From Planctomycetota bacterium (lineage in GTDB: Bacteria > Planctomycetota > B15-G4 > JADJEK01): a stretch of DNA of 64,000 nucleotides. Both the position numbers and the translations under genes were made by a program. The notes under the pieces are model-generated. The model saw only the letters and a list, made by a program, of their open reading frames with translations, was not told the DNA's origin and did no database searches. Every line of letters starts with the position of its first letter. Position 1 is the stretch's first letter. Shown piece after piece: positions 28,923-37,838 of the stretch. The stretch lies in NCBI GenBank assembly GCA_044225365.1, contig JBGAIQ010000003.1:64001-128000 (forward strand), written 5' to 3'.

Positions 28923-30217
28923 CGGAATCCAGCGGCGAGCATGCGATCCGCGCCCACGCCGAGATTCGCATCTGGGGCGAGACGGTGGGCGCGATCGTCG
29001 AACTCGCGGATGGTCGCGTCGTGTTCGAATACGCGCAGGGCTTCCGCAAGAGCGGCATCGAGATCTCGCCGATCCACCTCCCGCTCTCGATCGCCGGACC
29101 CCAGACGTTCCCCGAACTGCGGCGCAAGAGCGCGTTCGACGGATTGCCCGGTGTGCTCGCCGACTCGTTGCCCGACGCCTTCGGCAACCAAGTAATGCGA
29201 GCCTATTTCGCCGCGAAGGGACAGGACGAGAAGTCCTTCAGCCCCGTACAGCGACTGCTCTACGTCGGCGAGGGCGCGATCGGCGCACTCACGTTCCATC
29301 CGAGCGAGGAATGGAAGGCCCGGCGAGCCGAACGTGAATCCCTCGAGATCGCCAAGCTCGTACGCGACGCCCGGCGGATCGTCGAGGGCAAGCCCGATGT
29401 CGCGATCCCCGAGATCTACCGAATCGGCGCGTCCGCCGGTGGCATGCGTCCGAAAGCGATCGTCCTGTACGACGAGAAGAGCGGAGTCGTTCGATCCGGA
29501 CACGGCAAACCGAACGCGCACGAGACGCCCTGCATCCTGAAGTTCGACGGCGTGGGCGATGGCTCCCCGAATGCAGCGGGCCGATCGCTCCGCCGGCCCC
29601 TGCCGTTCAACCGCATCGAGGCCGCATATTCGGAGATGGCGCGCGCTGCCGGGATCGAGACGTCGCGAATCCGCATCCTCGAGCACGACGGCTACGCACA
29701 TCTCCTGATCGATCGTTTCGATCTCGATGCCGCGAGCGGCGAGCGCATCCACCAGCACACGCTCGGAGGAATGATCCACGTCGACTACAACGAGCCCGGA
29801 GCCAGCTCCTACGAGGAGTATCTCCGCGTCGTGATGCGACTCGGCATGGCCTACGCATCGCTCGAGCAGGCCTACCGACGCATAGTGTTCAACGTGCTCG
29901 CGGTGAATCAGGACGACCACGTGAAGAACCTCTCGTTCCATCTCCCGCGAGGCGGCGCCTGGCAACTCTCCCCCGCATACGACGTGACCTTCGCACGGGG
30001 CCGCGGATTCACGGCGAATCATCAGATGAGCGTGAACGGCAAGGTGACGGACATCTCGACCGACGACCTCCTCGCCGTCGCGGCAAAGTTCGACATCGAT
30101 CATCCGCAACGGATCCTCGAACAGACACGGTCCGCCGTGGCGGATTTCCGCGCGTACGCCAAGGAGACGAAAGTTCCGAAAGCCGCAATGGACGCCGTCG
30201 CCGCAGCCCTCCTGTAG
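28919..30217 (+). CDS. hipA: HipA-family Ser/Thr kinase toxin
   Basis: N-terminal HipA coupling domain (LADSLPDAFG), SAGGMRPK P-loop, LKFD, RFD, NQDDHVKNLSF, LSPAYD. Confidence 0.92.
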   Translation: MTESSGEHAIRAHAEIRIWGETVGAIVELADGRVVFEYAQGFRKSGIEISPIHLPLSIAGPQTFPELRRKSAFDGLPGVLADSLPDAFGNQVMRAYFAAKGQDEKSFSPVQRLLYVGEGAIGALTFHPSEEWKARRAERESLEIAKLVRDARRIVEGKPDVAIPEIYRIGASAGGMRPKAIVLYDEKSGVVRSGHGKPNAHETPCILKFDGVGDGSPNAAGRSLRRPLPFNRIEAAYSEMARAAGIETSRIRILEHDGYAHLLIDRFDLDAASGERIHQHTLGGMIHVDYNEPGASSYEEYLRVVMRLGMAYASLEQAYRRIVFNVLAVNQDDHVKNLSFHLPRGGAWQLSPAYDVTFARGRGFTANHQMSVNGKVTDISTDDLLAVAAKFDIDHPQRILEQTRSAVADFRAYAKETKVPKAAMDAVAAALL

Positions 30218-30237
30218 GGGTCGACGGCTGTCGACCC
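30218..30237. terminator. Possible hairpin between convergent hipA and GT4 genes
   Basis: GGGTCGAC-GGCT-GTCGACCC immediately after the hipA stop; no U-tract. Confidence 0.35.
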
Positions 30238-30278
30238 GTCGGGGCGATTCGAGCCGAAGTGACCGGGGGCGTCCGCGC

Positions 30279-31517
30279 CTATGCGGTGTAGAGGCGGGAA
30301 AGGCGCGAGGCGTGATCTTCGATGGTGAAGACCTGCTTCTTGCCCGCACGGCGCATCACGTCGAGCAGGTCGCGGTGCTTTGCGAGCTTCTCGAGGCACG
30401 AAACCAGTTCTGCGATCGCGCCCGTCTTCACGACGAGCGCGGCACCGCCCGCGCGCTCCCCCATCGCACCGCGATCGGTGACGAGAAGCGGCAGACCGAG
30501 CGCGAGCGCTTCGTCGACGACGAGCGAATACGTCTCCGCGGCGCGGCTCGGGAAGACCGCGAGGTCGGCCTCCGCGGGGAGTCGCGCGAGCCGCGCGCGG
30601 TCGTATTCGAACTCGCGAGAGAGTGTGAACCGCATCGCCGCGGCAGCGAGTCGAGCTTCGAGCGCGTCGTCCGTCGCCCGTCCGAGAACGGTGAGCACGA
30701 TCTTCGCGCGCGCCGTGGGAGTGAGGCGATCGATCGCTTCGATCAGATCGTCGAGTCCCTTGACGGGCGCGACGTTGCCGAAGAAGACGAGTCTCAGGCG
30801 TCCATCGTCATCGACTGCGCGGCGCGCGAGGCTCTCCCGTCTGAACGGCGCGAGGAGTCCGAGCGGCAGGACCTCGATCGGCGGAACGGCTCCGAGGATC
30901 TCGCTCCGTCCAAACATGTCCGCCGCGACTCGTGACGGTGCGAGTCGGACGTCCGCAAGCGCGAGTTCGCGCCGAAAGAACTGGCTCCGTGCGTCGAACT
31001 CGGCGTCGAGGAACGAATCGTCGCCGCCGCAGTCCGGTCGCACGCAATCGCGACAGCGCGCTCGTGGAACGGGCAACGCATCGCCGCAGAACCCGTGATC
31101 CGGCCGGATCAGGAAGAACCGCGGACAGAGGGCGAAGTAATCGTGGAGGGAGACGATCGCGCGCGCGCCTCGCGCTTTTGCGAGTTGCACGAGCGGCGTC
31201 GCGAGATGGAACCAGTGATGCACATGCACGACGTGCGGAGCAACTTCGGCGAGCAACGATTCGATCTTGGCGGCGAGGCGCGGGAAATCGTGACGAATCC
31301 CGAATCGCTCCTCGCCGGTCGAATCGTGACGCAAGCGAACGACCCGCGTTCCACGGAACGTCTCCTCGACCGACTCGGTGCCGGGCACCTCCGACCCGGC
31401 AAGGACGACGACGTCGTCGCCGCGCTTCGTCTGCGTTTCGACCAGCGCCGCGAGGTAGGCCTCAGTGCCGCCGACGAACTCGGGCGGAAAGTTGTGAACG
31501 GCGTGCAGGATTCTCAT
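30279..31517 (-). CDS. Glycosyltransferase family 4
   Basis: MRILHAVHNFPPEFVGGTEAY, FFGNVAPVKG, FPSRAAETYSLVVDEA. Confidence 0.9.
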   Translation of the reverse strand: MRILHAVHNFPPEFVGGTEAYLAALVETQTKRGDDVVVLAGSEVPGTESVEETFRGTRVVRLRHDSTGEERFGIRHDFPRLAAKIESLLAEVAPHVVHVHHWFHLATPLVQLAKARGARAIVSLHDYFALCPRFFLIRPDHGFCGDALPVPRARCRDCVRPDCGGDDSFLDAEFDARSQFFRRELALADVRLAPSRVAADMFGRSEILGAVPPIEVLPLGLLAPFRRESLARRAVDDDGRLRLVFFGNVAPVKGLDDLIEAIDRLTPTARAKIVLTVLGRATDDALEARLAAAAMRFTLSREFEYDRARLARLPAEADLAVFPSRAAETYSLVVDEALALGLPLLVTDRGAMGERAGGAALVVKTGAIAELVSCLEKLAKHRDLLDVMRRAGKKQVFTIEDHASRLSRLYTA

Positions 31518-32230
31518 CGCGATGGCGTCGCCCGCGCTTCCGGATCGAGCCTCACGAACGCCTCACCGCGAGTCGCGCCCTTCTCGAGGAACACCGCGCG
31601 ATACGCGTTGAGGCCCGAGATGAAGCTCGCGATGTCGGTGTGCTCGAGCTGACTCGAGTAACACGCGAGAGCTGCGAGCTTCTTCGCGTAGACCGCACTG
31701 ACGTCGACGACGAATTGCGCCTGGCTCGCCGTCCACACTTCGTAGCCGAAGGCGGGCGGAGGAGCGTCGAGGGCCTGCAGCGTCCGCGCGAGGATGACGG
31801 CGACCGCGTGATGATCGCTGTGTTGCTCCAAGCGATGCGGCGCGTAGACGACGGCGGGCTCGATCCGACGGATGAGTTCGAGGACGCGCGGCACGATCGC
31901 GGCCACATCGTCCTCGGTCACCTTGAAGTTGTCGGGGAATCCCCAGAACTCGACGCCCGAAACGCCGAGTAGCGCGGTCGCCGCGCGCGCCTCGCGCTCC
32001 CGAATCGCCGCGTACTCCGTCTTGTCGATCCTGCCGGTCGGATCACCTGACGTCCCCGCCGTGAGGAAGACGACGTGCACCGGATCGCCGAGCGCGACGT
32101 GCATCGCGATCGTACCTCCCACGCCGATCGTCTCGTCGTCGGGATGAGGCGCAAGCACGAGGACGCGACCACGCCGCGGCGGTGCGGCGAGTCGGTCGGG
32201 CGCGGCGGGCGGTTCGAGGTACGAGACCAT
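31514..32230 (-). CDS. PIG-L family de-N-acetylase
   Basis: VLAPHPDDETIGVGG, REREA, HSDH, YEVW, YSSQ. Start uncertain (32230-32284). Confidence 0.88.
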   Translation of the reverse strand: MVSYLEPPAAPDRLAAPPRRGRVLVLAPHPDDETIGVGGTIAMHVALGDPVHVVFLTAGTSGDPTGRIDKTEYAAIREREARAATALLGVSGVEFWGFPDNFKVTEDDVAAIVPRVLELIRRIEPAVVYAPHRLEQHSDHHAVAVILARTLQALDAPPPAFGYEVWTASQAQFVVDVSAVYAKKLAALACYSSQLEHTDIASFISGLNAYRAVFLEKGATRGEAFVRLDPEARATPSR

Positions 32231-32479
32231 GCGGGCAATGTAGTTGGGTACGGGAACCGGCGTAGCATCAATCCCCCATGGCATCTCTCGGACGGCGAGG
32301 GGGATCGAGGAAAATTAGGGAAAAATGACGGAGTGGGTGAACCGCCCCACGATTCGGCCGTTCGAGGGCGCCCAATCCACCTCGTCCGATCCCGCATGGG
32401 CCGATCGTCGGCACGCGGCGGCGCGCGGCCTCACCGGGAACGCGGTCTCGTTCCCCATCCAGAGAAGGAAGTACTGATC

Positions 32480-33265
32480 GTGAATCCAACCAGTCTGCGC
32501 CGCATTCGCGGCCTCACGTTGATCGAACTCATCGTCACGATGGCGATCCTGGTCATCCTCGCGGGCCTCGTCCTCCCCAAACTCGACGTCTTCAAGCTGA
32601 AGGCCAACAAGGCGCAAGCGGCGTCCGTGATGTTCGACGTGAACTCGTACGTCTCGGCCTTCCGCGCGCAGCACGACGTGTTCCCGGACAACTGGGACTC
32701 GTTGCTCGCGAACAGCGGCGGCCCGGGCACGACGTTCTACGGCAAGCTGCATCCCGAACTGACCGGCGCGGCACCGAACAACATCCAGAAGATGACCACG
32801 ACGACGCTCACGGCGGACGAAGTCACCTCGCTCGCGCGCGTCGGAATCACCAAGGTCGTCGATCATGACCCCGCTGCGGAGATCCCGAACGACTCCGACG
32901 ACTTCGGGACCCTGCGTACGCTCACCGCGGGCGACACCGTCGTGACGCTCAACCTCGCCACGGCGAACCCAGGTGACCTCGAGGAAGCCCAAGCGATCGC
33001 GGCTGACTTCTATCCCGAACTCGGCGGAGCCATTCCGCCGGGGAAGAAGATCGTGGCGTTCGGCCTCGGTCGCTTCTCGACGATCAAGGGTGACCTCATG
33101 CACACGATCCCGTTCTATGCGAACGCGGATCAGACGACGCAGTACACGCGCTTCCTCGTTCTCTTCGAAGCCGACAGTGGCGGTGGCCGGGCCAAGCTGC
33201 TCGGGACGATCGGCGCCGACGGCGACCGGCTCGAAGGCGAGATCGCCGACTTCTACGAGAAGTAA
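32480..33265 (+). CDS. Large type IV pilin/pseudopilin, paralog A
   Basis: GTG after AAGGAAG; class III signal RRIRG/LTLIELIVTMAILVILAGLVLP; 250-aa mature chain. Confidence 0.85.
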   Translation: MNPTSLRRIRGLTLIELIVTMAILVILAGLVLPKLDVFKLKANKAQAASVMFDVNSYVSAFRAQHDVFPDNWDSLLANSGGPGTTFYGKLHPELTGAAPNNIQKMTTTTLTADEVTSLARVGITKVVDHDPAAEIPNDSDDFGTLRTLTAGDTVVTLNLATANPGDLEEAQAIAADFYPELGGAIPPGKKIVAFGLGRFSTIKGDLMHTIPFYANADQTTQYTRFLVLFEADSGGGRAKLLGTIGADGDRLEGEIADFYEK

Positions 33266-33347
33266 GCAGAGCGCACTCGCACCGCTCGCCGGGACGTGAC
33301 TCGATGGATCGAGCGACGTCCCGGCGAGCCTGTTCCATTTCAATCCG

Positions 33348-33375
33348 TTGACTCCGATTCGAGTGGCGCTATGTT
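33348..33375 (+). promoter_or_regulatory. Sigma70-like promoter
   Basis: TTGACT (33348-33353), 16-bp spacer, TATGTT (33370-33375), upstream of pilin B. Confidence 0.6.
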
Positions 33376-33390
33376 GAGAATGATTCTCAA
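33374..33390. promoter_or_regulatory. Fur-box-like operator
   Basis: Perfect AT-rich palindrome TTGAGAAT-G-ATTCTCAA, matching the Fur 7-1-7 consensus TGATAATnATTATCA at 12 of 14 positions, overlapping the -10 element. Confidence 0.75.
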
Positions 33391-33446
33391 TATCATCGCG
33401 AGTGCAGCGTCTCCGCCGCGCTCGAACCCCGAATCGGAGTCTTCTC

Positions 33447-34244
33447 GTGTCCCCCATCCGCGATTCCCGACGCAGCGTCCACGAACTCGGCCTCACCCTG
33501 ATCGAACTGATCGTCACGATGGCGATCCTCGTCATCCTCGCCGGACTCGTGTTGCCCAAACTCGACGTGTTCAAGACCAAAGCGAACAAGGCGCAGGCCG
33601 CATCGGGCATGTACAGCATCGCAAACTACGTCACCGCCTATCGCGCGCAGCACGATGCCTTCCCCGACATCTGGGACTCCCTGCTCGAGAGCGCGGGCGG
33701 CCCCGGCACCACGCTGTTCTCGAAGCTCGACTCCGAACTGATCGGATCCCCGCCCGGCTCGGGCGGCAAGCTCACGACGCTGAATCTGACCGCGGGCGAA
33801 GCGAAGTCGCTCGCGCGCGTCGGCATCACACGGGTCGTCGACCAATCGGCATCTGCCGAGGTCCCGGCCGACTCGGGCGACTTCGCGACAATGCGCACAC
33901 TCGCCGCGGGAGATGTCGTCGCCACCCTCAACCTCGCCGATTCCGATCCCGAGGTCGTCTCCGAGGTCCAGAAGATCGCCGCCGATTTCTATCCCGAACT
34001 CGGCGGTGCAGTTCCTGCCGGCAAGCGAATCGCGGTCTTCGGACTCGGCCGGTTCAACACGATCAAGGGCGACCTGCTCCACACCATTCCAACGTATTCC
34101 GAAGTGGATCACGTGAACCGTTATGGACGCTTCCTCGTTCTGTTCGAACTCGACGCGGACGGTGGACGGGCGAACCTGCTCGGCTGCCTCGGCGGCGACG
34201 GCGATCGACTCGAAGGAGAGATCGCCGACTACTACGGCCAGTGA
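33447..34244 (+). CDS. Large type IV pilin/pseudopilin, paralog B
   Basis: GTG after GGAG; HELG/LTLIELIVTMAILVILAGLVLP; aligns with paralog A without gaps. Confidence 0.85.
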   Translation: MSPIRDSRRSVHELGLTLIELIVTMAILVILAGLVLPKLDVFKTKANKAQAASGMYSIANYVTAYRAQHDAFPDIWDSLLESAGGPGTTLFSKLDSELIGSPPGSGGKLTTLNLTAGEAKSLARVGITRVVDQSASAEVPADSGDFATMRTLAAGDVVATLNLADSDPEVVSEVQKIAADFYPELGGAVPAGKRIAVFGLGRFNTIKGDLLHTIPTYSEVDHVNRYGRFLVLFELDADGGRANLLGCLGGDGDRLEGEIADYYGQ

Positions 34245-34263
34245 CCTGTCCGTGGGAGTGCTC

Positions 34264-34908
34264 GTGAAATCGCTCAGAGAGAATTCGGTTACGCGGACTC
34301 GAGGAGGCGGTGTTCGACGACCCGCTTCCTCGATCCCCCTCGCTCCCCATTGCAACCTCGCCAGCAAGGTCTTCGAGAGCGGCTTCACGCTCGTCGAACT
34401 CGTCGTCGTTCTCGCCATCCTCGTGATCCTCGCGGGAATGGCACTCCTGCGTTCGGAAGGCGTCGCCGAGACGGCAGAGATTCGCGCCTGCGATTCGACG
34501 ATGCTCACCTTGCGAGATGCGATTCTCGGCGCGGCGGGTGCGCCCGGCTATCGAAGCGACGTGGGCGACCTCCCGGGGTCGCTCGCAGATCTCCTTCGAA
34601 CGCCTCCCGGACTCCCCGTGGAGCTTCAGACCTTCGACCCCGTGAGTGAACGCGGTTGGAATGGCCCGTACCTCGCCCCGGGACTCCACTCTGGCGCGAG
34701 CGATCCGACGGTCCTCGATCCCTGGCTCACGCCGATCGTACTGCAGATCCCCGGCAACGATTCGGCCTATGCGCGACTCGTGAGCGCCGGATCCGATCGC
34801 ATCTTCACGACGAACCCGAATGCGAAGGATGTCGATCCCAGCTCGAAGATCGACGTCGGCGATGACCGCGTGCTCTTCCTGACCCACATCCCGGGAACCT
34901 CGCCATGA
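34264..34908 (+). CDS. GspG-like pseudopilin
   Basis: SG/FTLVELVVVLAILVILAGMAL; LPGSLADL, GWNGPYL, DPWLTP, SAGSD motifs typical of GspG. Start uncertain. Confidence 0.8.
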   Translation: MKSLRENSVTRTRGGGVRRPASSIPLAPHCNLASKVFESGFTLVELVVVLAILVILAGMALLRSEGVAETAEIRACDSTMLTLRDAILGAAGAPGYRSDVGDLPGSLADLLRTPPGLPVELQTFDPVSERGWNGPYLAPGLHSGASDPTVLDPWLTPIVLQIPGNDSAYARLVSAGSDRIFTTNPNAKDVDPSSKIDVGDDRVLFLTHIPGTSP

Positions 34909-35843
34909 CGACGAAACGCGGAACTCGATCCTGCCCATGCCGGAGCGTGCGCGGCGCGGCCTTCACGCTCATCGAACTCCTCGTCGTGCTGCTCATCCTC
35001 GCGGCCGTGACGACGATCGCGATCCGATCGACGGCCAAGCTCCAGGATCGTTCGCGGTTCGAGCGAACCGAGCGCATCCTCATCGATCTCGAGAGCGCGA
35101 TCTGCGGAACCGTCAACGAGCAGTTCCGCGACGACGTCGTCGCCTCCTACCTCGCCGACACCGGCGAACTCCCGAAGCAACTGCACGATCTCTGGGTGCG
35201 CCCCGCGAACATCCTGAAGTCGCACGTCGCGACCTTCGACGAAGACGAAGGCGTCGTCGCGCTCGGATGGAACGGTCCCTACCTCGATCGACCGGTCGCA
35301 CTCGCGGATCCCGGCTCTTCGGAAGTGTTGGATGGCTACGGCGCGGCGATCTCGATCACCGTCGAGCCACCCGACGCCGTCGACCTGCCGTCGTTCACCC
35401 ACTGGTCGTTCGAGGCGACGACGCCGGAAGGCACGACGTTGAAACGCGTGCTCGTCGACGAGCCGTCGATCCACCGCACGATCGCGATCCTGCCCGTGCA
35501 GATCGTGATCGAGAATCTCGCGGCCGGCCAGAGCGTCGAATCGATCGCGGTTCGCGCCTACGCGCCCAAGAAGGGCGACGTGAAGGTGATCGGAGCAACG
35601 CCTCAGGGAACGACCAGCGGCCAGGGAACGAGCTACGCGTTCGTCTTCGGCAAAGGCCTCGGGCTGCCGCCGGGCAAGCGCGCCATTCGAGCGTATGCAC
35701 AGATCGGCACGAACGAGTATCGGAGCGCGGTCGCGCAGGTTCGACTCGTGCCGGGAAGCAACGCCGTCCTCGCGCTCACGATCGATCTCGCGAAGCCGCC
35801 CGCGCCGAAGCCGCCACCCGGCGGCGTACCGAAGAACCCGTGA
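34905..35843 (+). CDS. Minor (pseudo)pilin with C-terminal extension
   Basis: AA/FTLIELLVVLLILAAV; YLADTGELP, GWNGPYL, DGYG; extra beta-rich C-terminal domain. Confidence 0.8.
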   Translation: MTTKRGTRSCPCRSVRGAAFTLIELLVVLLILAAVTTIAIRSTAKLQDRSRFERTERILIDLESAICGTVNEQFRDDVVASYLADTGELPKQLHDLWVRPANILKSHVATFDEDEGVVALGWNGPYLDRPVALADPGSSEVLDGYGAAISITVEPPDAVDLPSFTHWSFEATTPEGTTLKRVLVDEPSIHRTIAILPVQIVIENLAAGQSVESIAVRAYAPKKGDVKVIGATPQGTTSGQGTSYAFVFGKGLGLPPGKRAIRAYAQIGTNEYRSAVAQVRLVPGSNAVLALTIDLAKPPAPKPPPGGVPKNP

Positions 35844-35880
35844 GCGAGTCGAACAGCCTGGACCTTATTGATCTCGTCCG

Positions 35881-37257
35881 ATGAAGAAACCCGCTCTCAC
35901 GATCCTCGTCCTCCTCGCGGAACGCCTCGCACGTGTCGACCTCGACGCGCGAGGGAAGGTCGTCGAGAGTTTCGTTCGTCGACGCGCGGCCCACGCCGAC
36001 GGCTCCGCGGCCGTTTTGCACCTCCTCACGCGCACCCCGGCTCGAAGAACGATCGTCGTCGACGAAAGCCTTTGGTCGCAGACGCTGGATCTGCCGCGGG
36101 CCCAGATCGAGGGCCTCGACGACGCGGCGATCTCCACGGCGCTCGCCTTCGAACTCGAACCCATGTGCGGCATCCCTGCGACCGAGGCCGATGTCGCCTG
36201 GATCCGGGACGAGTCGCGCGATCGCGATACGACGACGTTCTGGATCACGACGTCGAAACGGGCGGATCGCGAACGCATCGCCGCCGTGCTCGCGGAGCGC
36301 GGCTCGAGGCTCGCAACGTACCTGCATCCCGCGGGCGTCGTGAACGACGGGCCCGCGATCGAGGTCTTCACGCTCACCACGCTCCTCGCGAACGGCAGCG
36401 ACTTCCCGCGAGTGCTCGCCGCGAGTTCGGGACAACGCTCATGGCGGACGGCCGTCGACGCGTTCCTGGCAACGCCCGGCGTGGGCCCGACGGGAACGGT
36501 GCTCGCGCTCCGCGGAGCGACGAACGTCGTCCTGCCGTTGCTGGCGGCGACGAGCGGCTGTCGAGTCCGCGATTCCATCTCGCTCGCGAAGGACGACGTC
36601 GCGGATTTCGCCGCCTACGCGACGTGCGTCGTCGCAGCGCTCGCGACGCGGCACGTCCCGGCCCTGTCGCCGGTCGCCAAGCGCCGGCCCGTCCTCGGCC
36701 CGCTCCGCGTTGGAGTGTTCCTCACCGCGCTCGTGGCGCTGCTGATCGCGCGCGACGCATCGACCCTCGCGACGCGCGCCGCATCGGCCGAACGCGAGGC
36801 CACGGAGAAGGAGCGCGCCAAGGGCATCGACGATCGGGCGCGCAGCGAACGCGACCGCCGGACCGCTCTCCTCTCCGAGTTAAGAACGAGCGTCGCCGCG
36901 GAGCGCGCGCGGCTCACGGCGACGGACACGGCGCTCACCCCGCAACGCCGCCGGATCGACGACTTGCTCGCGGCGGCCGCGGAGTGCTGTCCGGAGGGCG
37001 CGATGCTGAGCGGAATCGAGATGGACTCGAACGGCGGCTTCGTCCTGCGGGGGCTCGCGACGTCGCAGCCGCTCGTGAGCGAATACGCGAAGAATCTCAT
37101 CGATCGATTTCGACGCGACGCGGATCTCTCGCTCGTCGTGCATCCTCCGGAAACCCATTCGTCGACGATCGAGGGAAACACGACGCTCACCGAGTTCTCT
37201 CTCCGGATCGATCTCGGAATCGATGCCACCGACACGAACACGGGGGGCAAGGGATGA
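35881..37257 (+). CDS. Assembly-platform protein, GspL/PilM-PilN-like
   Basis: Cytoplasmic N-domain, one TM (VGVFLTALVALLI), coiled coil, PilN-like CPEGAMLSGIEM...FVLRGLA; operon position. Confidence 0.65.
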   Translation: MKKPALTILVLLAERLARVDLDARGKVVESFVRRRAAHADGSAAVLHLLTRTPARRTIVVDESLWSQTLDLPRAQIEGLDDAAISTALAFELEPMCGIPATEADVAWIRDESRDRDTTTFWITTSKRADRERIAAVLAERGSRLATYLHPAGVVNDGPAIEVFTLTTLLANGSDFPRVLAASSGQRSWRTAVDAFLATPGVGPTGTVLALRGATNVVLPLLAATSGCRVRDSISLAKDDVADFAAYATCVVAALATRHVPALSPVAKRRPVLGPLRVGVFLTALVALLIARDASTLATRAASAEREATEKERAKGIDDRARSERDRRTALLSELRTSVAAERARLTATDTALTPQRRRIDDLLAAAAECCPEGAMLSGIEMDSNGGFVLRGLATSQPLVSEYAKNLIDRFRRDADLSLVVHPPETHSSTIEGNTTLTEFSLRIDLGIDATDTNTGGKG

Positions 37258-37838
37258 GGCCTCTCACTTCCCGCGAGCGCTGGCTGATCGCGATCGCCAT
37301 CCCGGCGACGATCGGGTGCGTATATTTCGGCGGTTTGCGACAGGACGCAGTCGATCGCATCGCGAACGCGAGCGGTCGGATCGCTTCACTCGCATCGGGT
37401 GCCACGGAGTCCAAGCCCGACTCGGCAGGAAGCGATGGTGCGTCGCTCGAGACCGAACGCTCGAGCATCGCACAGGCGATGGCCGGACTTCGCGCCCAGC
37501 TTGCGAACTCGAAGTCACGCACCGAACTCCTGCGAACGATCGCGGATGCCTTGCAATCCGGCGGCGGCGTCCGACTCCATAGGTCTTCGGAGGTGGTCGC
37601 AGGCGAGACGTCGCCCGCAATCGGCGGCGGTCTGCGCGCCGCACGCACGACGCTCGTCCATGGCGGTGCGGAGTCGCCGATCCTCTGGCGAATCGACCTG
37701 CGGGGGCCGTACTCCGAACTTCGTTCCGCGGTCGCTCGAGGTCTTGCCGTGGTCGGTGCATACACGCCGGTCGGGCTCGAGCTGAAGAAAGCCGACGGCG
37801 GACCCGATCTCGACCTCGTGCTCTGGATGTGGCTGTGA
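37254..37838 (+). CDS. GspM/PilO-like protein
   Basis: ATG 37254 (ATGA overlap); LTSRERWLIAIA N-terminus plus TM; IDLRGPYSEL motif. Confidence 0.65.
   Translation: MRPLTSRERWLIAIAIPATIGCVYFGGLRQDAVDRIANASGRIASLASGATESKPDSAGSDGASLETERSSIAQAMAGLRAQLANSKSRTELLRTIADALQSGGGVRLHRSSEVVAGETSPAIGGGLRAARTTLVHGGAESPILWRIDLRGPYSELRSAVARGLAVVGAYTPVGLELKKADGGPDLDLVLWMWL

Noticed and set aside
32400-32430. Sigma54 promoter upstream of pilin A (CGGCACG...)
   Set aside because: No TTGC or GC at the required -12 spacing.
32480-35843. Conductive e-pili or cytochrome nanowire
   Set aside because: No CxxCH heme motifs in the cluster, and the pilins are long rather than the truncated aromatic-rich type.
35868-37838. 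656-aa ORF as a single protein; likewise 41302-43545, 19176-21521 and 21663-23480
   Set aside because: Only the 3' parts are protein-like, and each has an internal ATG overlapping the stop of the preceding real gene.
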